Below, one piece after another: positions 55,201 through 62,470 of a stretch of 64,000 nt of DNA. The notes beneath the pieces are model-generated. The model saw only the letters and a program-made list of their open reading frames with translations. It did no database searches and was not told the origin of the DNA. Numbering within the stretch: the first letter of the stretch is position 1; every line of letters begins with the position of its first letter. Source of the stretch: a virus (Duplodnaviria; Caudoviricetes); the IMG/VR virus record IMGVR_UViG_3300049823_000342, positions 3,360-67,359 of that record. One strand, written 5' to 3'. Position numbers and translations under genes: made by a program.

Positions 55201-55639
55201 GGGTGGCGGTGGCGGCACGTCGGCAAGCGACAGCAGCTTCACCTTCTTTTCGTCGACCAGCTTCGTCGACGTGTCCGACGTGCTGACGGTGACGACGGGG
55301 TCGGGCGGATCGATCGGCCTGTCGGCGCCGCTGTCGTTCCGGGCGTCGCCCGTTGCGCCGACCGGCAGCTATAATATCGAACTCAAGTGGCAGTATCGCC
55401 CGGTCGGCGGATCGTGGACCGACGTCACCGGCGGCGCGCAGGCCAGCACGTCGCCGACGGTCATCACCTTCGACGGGACCGAGCTCTATTATGTCGAGCT
55501 GGGTTCGGCGACCTGCTCGCGCACGCAATCGGGGCTGACGGCCAGCGCCGATTACGAGGTCAAGCTGCTCGCGCGGCAGACCGCGGGCACCGCGCGCACG
55601 TTGCGATTGAGCGGCACGGCGACGGCGGTGGGCTCATGA
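52211..55639 (+). CDS. Tail tip / host specificity protein with GDLW repeats
   Basis: ~1142 aa; WTQNPALH, EPGDRWENL..IC.AGG; four internal AQATADGK...GDLWF repeats. Confidence 0.85.
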   Translation: MAKALKVIGTIAGAVATVLAPIAPPIAAIAAVVAGVANLGASVLYKPPPARGSVTNVLIAADAPTPYVMGEGYFGGVLRHDVGYGATLKKVPNPYRLMVTVYSHGGPVESLSPRVELAAVGSYYSGFLYAATQLGTCPQASALTPQFAGAPGWGASSKLSGQAAIAWNLKFDRDGKVFASGVPRLGAYGKWVKAYDPRKDSTFPGGSGSHRLGVESTYQWTQNPALHAGTYTYGRWQNGKRVLGVGMPAQGIDWVGLAGWANVCDANGWTIYGPVYEPGDRWENLQDICAAGGGRAVFAGGLISWLYAAPRVALDTITDADIADENYSVTPQASWRDRLNTVVPKYISPDHDWQMIADVAAVTVADYVTEDGEVKQVEWPFNLVKDGDQAAQLAAYKLLDSREMQPIVLPCLPRLRKYRPGECLHIDLPELGLDIDALIMDRNFDPSTMTVTLTMMSLSAGRDDFALGRTSTPPPTPALKQTSEERDNLRWSAMLDQGARTVEYDGAATYSQGMTMRWPDGSTWEYINAAPSSGNAPPAWPETANSWWSMLTPPLDRGKVFIQSTAPTAAESSGGDIWQDDNGRYWTRRGDNHLAIGGKRLMIGGKLLTITWTPTGSQPVRDGIDAALATAMGAAQAASQLALDAQATADGKVQSFYSPSAPTAEGIGDLWFDTDDGNKQYRWSGSAWVAVQDSAIGAALTAAAGAQATADGKVTTFVGESTPTPEGVGDLWFKPSTGYLARWSGSAWTDISNIGATQAQITSIGNALTAASNAQATADGKVDTYYQTAAPTGASVGDLWFDTDDGNKLYRHNGTSWVAAQDAGIGNAITAAAGAQATADGKVTTFVGESSPTAVATGDLWFKASTGELRRWSGSAWGSPLVDLTAAAVPRQEGPATDIFTADYQGTLDDDQLPRNYAFKRYRGTNDVTASGTTWSIVSQAGITGGTVTASGGSVTIPTGVTIAASATIIVKSARSGEPDLVSEISITRSDGLPPSTGGGGGTSASDSSFTFFSSTSFVDVSDVLTVTTGSGGSIGLSAPLSFRASPVAPTGSYNIELKWQYRPVGGSWTDVTGGAQASTSPTVITFDGTELYYVELGSATCSRTQSGLTASADYEVKLLARQTAGTARTLRLSGTATAVGS
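54143..54850 (+). repeat. Four in-frame tandem repeats (183/204/183-bp spacing; starts 54143, 54326, 54530, 54713)
   Basis: AQATADGKV...P....GDLWF..D/S.G...RW.G..W in A-B-A-B alternation. Confidence 0.9.
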
Positions 55640-56040
55640 GCTGGTTCGCGCTCTTCGACAGCCGCGGCACCTATCAGGGCGCCGTCACCTCGCTCGCCGG
55701 TTACGACCGCAATGCGCGGCGCCGCGCGCGGCCGATCCCGCGCGCGCCGGGGGATTTCGAGCGCTGGGACCGCAAGACCGGGGCCTTCGTCGTCGACGAG
55801 GCGGCGCGGCTGCGCCACCGCGCCGGACCCGCGCATGTCGCCGCGATGCACGCGCGCAAGGCGGTGGAGGCGCATCTGATCGCCGCCGGCGTCGCCCCGC
55901 CGACGCTGCTGCTCGTCCGCGAAGCCGCGCTGCGCGGGATCGAGCCCGCCGAGCTGGCGGCGGCGGTCCTCGACAAGATCGCGGGCGCCGAGGCGCTCGA
56001 ACTCGAACGGCAGGCCGCGAGCCTGACCCCATCGGAATAG
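55636..56040 (+). CDS. Tail fibre-associated protein
   Basis: ATGA overlap; C-terminus resembles 33762-34508. Confidence 0.6.
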   Translation: MSWFALFDSRGTYQGAVTSLAGYDRNARRRARPIPRAPGDFERWDRKTGAFVVDEAARLRHRAGPAHVAAMHARKAVEAHLIAAGVAPPTLLLVREAALRGIEPAELAAAVLDKIAGAEALELERQAASLTPSE

Positions 56041-56048
56041 GAGATTTT

Positions 56049-57149
56049 ATGGCGGACGATATCGACCTTTGGGCGATGGGGAACGACGGGATGTTGACGT
56101 CGCTGACGGGCGCCTATCGACTTGGCGCCGCGACCGGGGCTGGCGCGGGCGATGCGTTCCCCGCCTCGCTGCTCGTCTACAAGCAGGCGAACGGCTATTT
56201 CACCTGCGGCGATCGTCTCGGCATCGGGGTGACCAGTCCCGCCGCGATGCTGGATGTCAGCGGCTCAATAATAGCAGGCGAGGGGAACGCGACAACAGGC
56301 GGCGCCGTGCTGGGAAGTCGATATAATGACGGGCAGGTCGCTACATTCGGTAACTTGCGCGGCTCGGCGATTACGGCGATCGGCTTTTGCGTTCGGCCGT
56401 CGTCAACCACATCCGGGGGCTGGGTGTCGTCGGTCAGCGGCGCATGGGCTCGCAGCGGCGTTCAGCTTGCCGGGTCGCTGTTTTCCGTCGCCTTCGCAGC
56501 ATCGCAAACCACGGCGATCAACGACCCGGTCGCGCTGACGAATGCCTTTATCGTCAATGCGGGCGGCGCGGTCACGCCGGGCGTCGATAACAGTCAGTCG
56601 CTAGGCACATCGTCGCTGCGCTGGTCGGTGGTCTATGCCGGCACCGGCACGATCAACACGTCGGATATCCGCTTCAAACTCTTTCGCGTCGGGCCGAGCA
56701 TGGCGGCGGCCGAGCAGGCGGCGGCGCTCGAAATCGCCGACGCCTTCGCCTTCTATCGCTTCACCGACGCGATCGCGGCGAAGGGCGAGGACGATGCGCG
56801 CTGGCATTTCGGCGTCGGCGCGCAGGTCGCCTGGGGCATTTGGGCGAGCCACGGCCTGGTCGAGCCGCTGGGCGAGGACGGCAAGCCGCCGGCGGGCTGC
56901 ATCCCGCCCGCCTTCCTGTGCTTCGACGAATGGGGCGAGGAGAGCGAGGAGCGCGAGGTCTATTCCGAAACGCTGGTCGACGGCGACGGCAATCCGCTTC
57001 AGATCGGCACCGAAAGCGTCGTCACGCGCGAGGCGGGCTATCTCTTCGCGCTCCGCATGGACGAGCTGCACTCGCTGCTGATCGCGGCGCTCAACAAGGA
57101 GCGCAAGGATCAGGCGGCGCGGATCGCGGCGCTGGAGGCGGCGGCATGA
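56049..57149 (+). CDS. Tail fibre/spike with peptidase S74-like chaperone, homologous to 34505-35908
   Basis: GTINTSDIRFK...HFGVGAQ...RMDEL; shared 35-bp exact DNA blocks. Confidence 0.85.
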   Translation: MADDIDLWAMGNDGMLTSLTGAYRLGAATGAGAGDAFPASLLVYKQANGYFTCGDRLGIGVTSPAAMLDVSGSIIAGEGNATTGGAVLGSRYNDGQVATFGNLRGSAITAIGFCVRPSSTTSGGWVSSVSGAWARSGVQLAGSLFSVAFAASQTTAINDPVALTNAFIVNAGGAVTPGVDNSQSLGTSSLRWSVVYAGTGTINTSDIRFKLFRVGPSMAAAEQAAALEIADAFAFYRFTDAIAAKGEDDARWHFGVGAQVAWGIWASHGLVEPLGEDGKPPAGCIPPAFLCFDEWGEESEEREVYSETLVDGDGNPLQIGTESVVTREAGYLFALRMDELHSLLIAALNKERKDQAARIAALEAAA

Positions 57150-57367
57150 GCCTGCAATCGCACGCAAGCGAATTTGCCGTAGCCGCGGGCAAGGCCTCTC
57201 CCCCGATCGTCGTCAGCGGCGCCGCGGTGGCGGGGATCTCGCTTCAGGACTGGGTGTTGATCGCGACGCTCGTTTACACGAGCCTGCAGATCGCGCTGCT
57301 CGTCTACAATTTCCTCAAGAAGCGCGCGGCCGAGCGCACGGGAGCGCCGCGCGATGACGGCAACTGA
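57146..57367 (+). CDS. Putative holin
   Basis: SPPI.V...GISLQDWVLIATLVYT.LQI.L...K pattern; directly before the lysozyme. Confidence 0.75.
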   Translation: MSLQSHASEFAVAAGKASPPIVVSGAAVAGISLQDWVLIATLVYTSLQIALLVYNFLKKRAAERTGAPRDDGN

Positions 57368-57920
57368 CAATGCGCGCGCGCCGGCGCCGCTGAAGCTGGC
57401 GGCGATCGTCGGCCCGATCGCGGCGGTCGCGCTGTTGATCCTGACCCCGCGCGAGGAGAGCGGCCGCACCGTCGACGTGACGATCGCGGCGGACGGCACC
57501 GCGACGATGCGCCATGTTTCAGGCAAGCAATATCTGCAGGCGTATCTCGACGTCGTCGGCGTGCCGACGATCTGCGACGGGCTGACCAAGGGCGTCCGGC
57601 TGGGGCAGAAGCGGACCGAGGTGCAATGCGCGGCCGAGCTCGAGGCCGAGCTGGCAGCGACCGCGGTCCAGGTGAAGCGCTGCACGCCGGCAATCTTTCG
57701 TCCCGGAACCGAAAATCAGCGAATCGCGGCGATCCTCCTCGCGCACAATATCGGCTGGCCGCGCTGGTGCACGTCGACGGCGGATCGGATGTTCGACGCC
57801 GGGAAGCCGCGGCAGGCCTGCGATTGGTTCCTGCCCTGGAACAAGGCCGGCGGCAGAGTGCTGCGCGGCCTGGTCGACCGCCGCGCGCGCGAGCGCGCGA
57901 TCTGCCTGAAAGGACTGTGA
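57354..57920 (+). CDS. GH24 lysozyme with SAR-like N-terminal TM
   Basis: LAAIVGPIAAVALLIL then EESG...AYLDVVGVPTICDGLT...WNKAGGRVLRGLV.RR..ER. Confidence 0.92.
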   Translation: MTATDNARAPAPLKLAAIVGPIAAVALLILTPREESGRTVDVTIAADGTATMRHVSGKQYLQAYLDVVGVPTICDGLTKGVRLGQKRTEVQCAAELEAELAATAVQVKRCTPAIFRPGTENQRIAAILLAHNIGWPRWCTSTADRMFDAGKPRQACDWFLPWNKAGGRVLRGLVDRRARERAICLKGL

Positions 57921-58147
57921 TCGTGGCCAATGTAAACATGACCTATGGGTTTTGGAAAGCGCCCTGGTGGCCGGTGATCGCCGCGGCGTTCATCCTGTTA
58001 ACCCGGCTTGGTATCGGCGAAAGACGCGCCTTCGCGGTTCTTGTGCCGCTTACCGGGCTTGGCTGGACGCGGCTCGGGAACGGCCGCCGTAGCTTCTTCA
58101 TCCTGCGCGGCTTCCGCAAGATCGAGGCGGCAGCCGATGCTCTTTAA
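57917..58147 (+). CDS. Hypothetical hydrophobic protein
   Basis: GTGA overlap, fills the gap to Rz. Confidence 0.45.
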   Translation: MIVANVNMTYGFWKAPWWPVIAAAFILLTRLGIGERRAFAVLVPLTGLGWTRLGNGRRSFFILRGFRKIEAAADAL

Positions 58148-58679
58148 CCCCTTCAGCGTTTTAACGTCGAAGATTTTCGCCTCGACGACGCTCGCGCTGG
58201 CGATCGTCGCCGGCGTCCAGTCGTGCCAGATCGAGCGCGTCACCAAGCAGCGCGACGAGGCGCGCGAAAGCGCAAAGGGCTGGGCGGTGCTGCTCGACAC
58301 CACCGTCGCCAACTATCGCGCGGCCGCGGCCGAAGCCGAGCGCGCCCAGCAAGCCAATCTCGCGCGCGTGAAGGCCGAGCGCGACGCCGTCTTCGAAAGG
58401 AAAGTCGATGAACTTCAAGCTGCTCGCGATGTTGCCGATGCTCGCTATCGCCGCCTGCTCACCTCGGCCGCCGAAGCCGATTCCCGCGGTGCCGGCGACG
58501 CTGACCTGTCCGCCGCCGCCGATGCCACCTGCCGAGCTTATGCGGGCGCCGCTTGTCACGACATTCCTCCCCTCCTGAAGGCGGCCCAGGACAATACCGA
58601 CCAGCTGGTCGCGCTGCAGGGTGCGATCCGCGAGCAGGCGACGATCGTCACCTCGCCGGCGCCGGCCGACGTCCGCTAG
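58137..58679 (+). CDS. Rz-like i-spanin
   Basis: N-terminal TM then coiled coil; hosts an embedded lipoprotein ORF. Confidence 0.75.
   Translation: MLFNPFSVLTSKIFASTTLALAIVAGVQSCQIERVTKQRDEARESAKGWAVLLDTTVANYRAAAAEAERAQQANLARVKAERDAVFERKVDELQAARDVADARYRRLLTSAAEADSRGAGDADLSAAADATCRAYAGAACHDIPPLLKAAQDNTDQLVALQGAIREQATIVTSPAPADVR
58408..58578 (+). CDS. Rz1-like o-spanin lipoprotein embedded in the +1 frame
   Basis: RBS AAGGA; MNFKLLAMLPMLAIAA-C-SPRPPKPIPAVPATLTCPPPPMPPAELMRAP..., 56 aa, Pro-rich. Confidence 0.8.
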   Translation: MNFKLLAMLPMLAIAACSPRPPKPIPAVPATLTCPPPPMPPAELMRAPLVTTFLPS

Positions 58680-58942
58680 TCTGGCTTACAGCCGCCGACC
58701 GTGCGGAGCGGCGGCCTGATCGACCCTGTGAGCGCAGCGTCCCAGGACCGCGCATTCGGCGCGACCTGGTCGAGCAGCGTGATGTTGATCAGCCCGCGAT
58801 CTTTCGCATAGGCCGTGCCGCGCAGACCCTGCACGATCTGCACGCCGAGTTGGCCGGCATCGGCCTGCCAGTCGAGATCGCGCACCTTGTCGGGGTCGAA
58901 CGTCACGATCGCGAAGCGCCTTCGCTTTCCATATTCCGCCAT
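58676..58942 (-). CDS. 88-aa hypothetical protein under a LexA box
   Basis: RBS GGAG; perfect SOS box 37 bp upstream. Confidence 0.65.
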   Translation of the reverse strand: MAEYGKRRRFAIVTFDPDKVRDLDWQADAGQLGVQIVQGLRGTAYAKDRGLINITLLDQVAPNARSWDAALTGSIRPPLRTVGGCKPD

Positions 58943-58978
58943 CGCCTGTCTCCGAATCGCTGGTCGATGGTTGGCGTT

Positions 58979-58993
58979 GTTCCTTTTTTGTTC
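58979..58993. promoter_or_regulatory. LexA (SOS) box GTTC-N7-GTTC
   Basis: GTTC CTTTTTT GTTC, exact alphaproteobacterial consensus. Confidence 0.8.
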
Positions 58994-59095
58994 CGAAATG
59001 TCGAGGCCGGTGCGGCGACATGGGGTGCACCCCCGATTATCATGGGGTGAGCAACAGGATGATGTTGCCGATCAACACCCAAGTCGCGTTCAAAC

Positions 59096-59117
59096 TGGGG
59101 GTATCGCCGGGGGTATC
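59096..59117 (+). repeat. P4-integrase arm-type direct repeat (T/C)GGGGGTATC x2, 12-bp period
   Basis: Inverted match to the GATACCCCCA repeats at 63706-63738. Confidence 0.7.
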
Positions 59118-59391
59118 GGCGCGCTGCGCGCCAGCCGATAGCCGCAGAAATCCGCCCTTTCCGTCGCCGAGTGACGGGGAGGGATTATCCGCGACAGTCA
59201 TGTCGCCAAACGACGGATTTCCGCCATTTCGACTTTTGAGAATTCCCCGCCTCGACAGCGGGGGCAGGGGCGATCCTACCCGCCCCAAGCCGACGGCCAC
59301 AGCCGCCACGTCCAACAGATCCTGCCCATGAAGCAGAGAGCTGAACCATCCCGCCTGCCGAGTCGGCGGGGCAACGAGTAGGAAGAACAAA

Positions 59392-60216
59392 GTGCAAGAG
59401 TCCAACCGAACAACTGCCAGTCTGGAAACATATCAGGTCCGTCCGGTCCGCCCAGCGGCGCCGTATATCGGCGGAAAGAGGGTGCTATCGCGCCGCCTTT
59501 GTCAGCGGATCAGCGAGATCCCGCATAATACCTATGCGGAAGCATTTGTCGGAATGGGAGGGGTTTTCTTTCGGCGAACCGAGCGGCCGAAAGCCGAAGT
59601 CATCAACGACTGGGGGCGCGACGTTCACAATTTTTTCCGCGTCCTGCAGGTCCACTATGTCGCATTCCTCGAAATGATGCGGTTTCAGATTACCAGCCGG
59701 GCCGAGTTTGAAAGGCTTTCCTCGATCGACCCGGACACACTGACCGACATGCAGCGCGCCGCCCGCTTCCTCTACCTTCAGCGCACGAGCTTCGGCGGCA
59801 AGGTTTCAGGTCGCACGTTCGGCATCTCCCCCGCCGTCGCGGGTCGCTTCGACGTCACAAAGCTGCAGCCGATGCTCGAGGCAATCCATGAGCGCCTTGC
59901 CGCGGTGACGCTCGAGCGGAAGCCCTGGGCCGAATTCATTGCGCGATGGGACCGCGAAGGAACGCTCTTCTACCTCGATCCGCCCTACTACGGGAACGAG
60001 GACGACTACGGAAAGAGCATGTTCGCGCGCGACGAGTTCGCGGCGATGGCCGATCAACTGGCAAAAATCCGTGGCCGCTTCATTCTTTCGATCAACGATA
60101 CTCCCGAAATCCGCCAGTTATTTGGGCGCTTCGACCTTGAGTCGGTCAATTGTCGCTACACGGTCGGCGGGAACGACAAGGCCCGCGACTTCGGCGAGCT
60201 GATCATCTCCGGATAA
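59392..60216 (+). CDS. DNA adenine methyltransferase (Dam/D12 class), solitary
   Basis: PYIGGK, YAEAFVGMGGVF (motif I), EVIND, LFYLDPPYY (motif IV). Confidence 0.92.
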   Translation: MQESNRTTASLETYQVRPVRPAAPYIGGKRVLSRRLCQRISEIPHNTYAEAFVGMGGVFFRRTERPKAEVINDWGRDVHNFFRVLQVHYVAFLEMMRFQITSRAEFERLSSIDPDTLTDMQRAARFLYLQRTSFGGKVSGRTFGISPAVAGRFDVTKLQPMLEAIHERLAAVTLERKPWAEFIARWDREGTLFYLDPPYYGNEDDYGKSMFARDEFAAMADQLAKIRGRFILSINDTPEIRQLFGRFDLESVNCRYTVGGNDKARDFGELIISG

Positions 60217-60236
60217 ATCCAGCACAAGGAAAAGCT

Positions 60237-61415
60237 ATGCTCACGATCGGCGCGGTGAAAGCCGCGGCGCCGCAGGCGCGCGCCTATAAACTGTCGGACG
60301 GCGGCGGGATGTTCCTGTTCGTCACGCCGGCAGGGCACAAGAGCTGGCGGTTAAAGTATCGCTGGCGCGGGCGCGAAAAGCTGCTCGTCCTGGGCAGCTT
60401 CCCCGAGATGGCGTTGCCGGCGGCGCGTGGCGCGCGCGAGGCCGCGAAAGTGCAACTCGCCGCCGGCGTCGATCCGGGCAAGCGCGCCGATCGCGGCGAC
60501 AGCTTCGAAGCGATCGCGCGCGCCTGGCACGAGCATCAGCGGCCGCGCTGGTCGAGCGCACACGCCGAGGATGTCATTGCCAGCCTGGCGCGCGACGTTT
60601 TTCCGGCGATCGGCGCACAGCCGATCGCGTCGATCGAGCCGGCCGAGTTGCTGGCGATCGTCCGCGACGTTGAGGCTCGCGGTTGCCTCGAGAGCGCCGG
60701 CCGCCTTCGCCAGCGCCTCTCCGCAATCTTCGGTTTCGCGATCGCCGAAGGCCACAAAACGTCCGACGCCGCGGCCCAGCTCGGTCGGGCGATGAAGGGC
60801 GGCAAGCTCGCGACGCCGCACCCGGCATTGGTGTCGATCGACGAATGCCGGCAGCTGATTGCCGACGTCGCCGCGCTCGAGGTCGCGCCGGCGGTGCGTG
60901 GGGCGTCGTTGATGCTGGCGCTGACCGCCGTGCGCCTGGACGCGGTGCGCGGCATGCGCTGGGACGAGGTATCCGGGCTCGACGGCGACGAACCGATCTG
61001 GCGGGTACCGCCGGCGCGAATGAAGCTGTCGCGGGCAAAGAAGGGCGAGGAGCGCTTCGCGCATCTGGTGCCGCTGTCGCCGGCCGCTGTCGAGGTGCTG
61101 CGCGCCGCGCGCGCGCGATCGCGCGGATCCGCTTTGGTCTTTCCGGGCCGCGATCGCGCGCGACCGATCGGCGAGACGACGCTGCGCGAGCTCTATATCC
61201 GCGCCGGATATAAGGATCGCCACGTCCCGCACGGCTGGCGCGCGAGCTTCTCGACGATCCTCAACGAGGAGATGGGCGAGGCCTGGTCGGCCGCGATCGA
61301 CGCTGCGCTAGCGCACAGCCCGAAAGACAAGGTCGAGGCGGCCTATAATCGCGCGGAGCGGCTGCAGCGCCGGCGCGAGCTGATGAACCGATGGGGCGCG
61401 ATGCTGGCGGGATGA
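60237..61415 (+). CDS. P4-family tyrosine integrase 2 (Arm-DNA-binding N-terminus)
   Basis: YKLSDGGGMFL..TPAG.KSWR.KYR; LTAVR, HGWRASFS, LAH, AAYNRA (R-H-R-H-Y intact). Confidence 0.93.
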   Translation: MLTIGAVKAAAPQARAYKLSDGGGMFLFVTPAGHKSWRLKYRWRGREKLLVLGSFPEMALPAARGAREAAKVQLAAGVDPGKRADRGDSFEAIARAWHEHQRPRWSSAHAEDVIASLARDVFPAIGAQPIASIEPAELLAIVRDVEARGCLESAGRLRQRLSAIFGFAIAEGHKTSDAAAQLGRAMKGGKLATPHPALVSIDECRQLIADVAALEVAPAVRGASLMLALTAVRLDAVRGMRWDEVSGLDGDEPIWRVPPARMKLSRAKKGEERFAHLVPLSPAAVEVLRAARARSRGSALVFPGRDRARPIGETTLRELYIRAGYKDRHVPHGWRASFSTILNEEMGEAWSAAIDAALAHSPKDKVEAAYNRAERLQRRRELMNRWGAMLAG

Positions 61416-61639
61416 GGGAAGGGGCCACCCTATGGGCGGCCCCGACGATGCACTTCAGACTCACCTAGCAGAAGCGAAATCGCATTCTTCGTTGCTCGGG
61501 TCAACCGGGCCTGCCGATGCTCGGCTGCGGGGTGGCACAGACCTTGCTCTCGGCCCCTGCCGAGCCCCGCGCCGGCGCAGCCGGCGCGCACGACGGTGCG
61601 GCCGGCGGTAAGGTCCGGGAAGCATTTTTCGCTTAGGGG

Positions 61640-61701
61640 TGGGGCCGTTCTATAAGGCGCGTGCCGAAGGCACTCCTTTCATCGGGATATATCTATATCC
61701 C
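61640..61701. other. Candidate replication origin at the 3' end of rep
   Basis: Palindrome GGGATATA-TC-TATATCCC (61684-61701) overlaps the rep stop; hairpin GTGCC-GAA-GGCAC and TTCTATAA nearby. Confidence 0.35.
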
Positions 61702-62451
61702 CCCGGTTTCTACGGCCCTCGACGATTCGCGCTCCTTGTCCAACAAGGCCGCGATGCGGGCGAGGGTTTCCCCTGCCAGCTCGTCGCCGTTCCACGTCGC
61801 GGCGTGGAATTCGGCAGAGGTCATGCTGTCGAGCATGGCCTGCCAATCGCGGGCGTGCTGCTCGCGTGCCCAGTCGGCGTCATCGGGGGCAGGGGCCTTG
61901 CCGAGCAGCTGCGCGACCATGCGCTCGAGGGGTTTGGGCAGGAGCAGCGCATAGGCGTTGCTGACCTGCTTCACCTGGGGGCCGGCGCCGTCGGCGTCTT
62001 CGACCTTTTCGCTTCGCCGTACCCAGTGCAGGAAGCCCGCCTGACGCAGCCGCCGCAGCGCGGCATGCACGGCGGCATAGCTGTGGCCCACCGCTTCGGC
62101 GATCGTCGCGATCGCGGGGTCGAGGCGGCCTGTGCGATAGTCGAGGTAGCGATTGTACAGCACCTCGAGCACGGCCAGGCCGATGTGGCCGATCATGCCG
62201 TTTCGGGTGCCTGGATTGTCGCGCTGTCGCTCTCGCCTGGTTCGCCGCTCGAGCTCGCGCGCGCTCTTGAGGATCGCGCCGATCCGCCGCTTCGCGCCGC
62301 GCACATGCCCGCCCATGAACGGGCGCCAGATCCGATCTTCGATCGTCCCGACATAATAGCTGTTTCGCCATACCGGCTGCCCGGAATGCCGCGAGACGGC
62401 CGCGACGCGATTGCCCAGGATCTCGCCCAGGCTGCGTGTGGGCGCGTTCAT
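61693..62451 (-). CDS. Plasmid-type HTH replication initiator (RepA-like)
   Basis: VLEVL...LDYRTGRLDPAIATIAEAVG.S...V..AL.RL...GFL.W.RR...Q.SNAY; RBS GGGAGG. Confidence 0.75.
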   Translation of the reverse strand: MNAPTRSLGEILGNRVAAVSRHSGQPVWRNSYYVGTIEDRIWRPFMGGHVRGAKRRIGAILKSARELERRTRRERQRDNPGTRNGMIGHIGLAVLEVLYNRYLDYRTGRLDPAIATIAEAVGHSYAAVHAALRRLRQAGFLHWVRRSEKVEDADGAGPQVKQVSNAYALLLPKPLERMVAQLLGKAPAPDDADWAREQHARDWQAMLDSMTSAEFHAATWNGDELAGETLARIAALLDKERESSRAVETGGI

Positions 62452-62470
62452 GCCGCGCCTCCCGTGGCTG

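Noticed and set aside
52637-55528. 963-aa minus-strand ORF
   Set aside because: Antisense shadow of the tail tip gene.
34505-57149. Diversity-generating retroelement (TR/VR) between the two similar fibre genes
   Set aside because: No reverse transcriptase in the window, both copies are full coding genes, and the differences are not adenine-specific.
58943-59300. Duplicated tRNA-Asn 3' end (second att site)
   Set aside because: No TGGCTCCCCGGG or other convincing core match is present; TGACGGGGAGGGATT near 59172 is too degenerate to call.
59326-59391. Com-like zinc-finger activator upstream of the methylase
   Set aside because: The only short ORF is 17 codons and has no cysteines.
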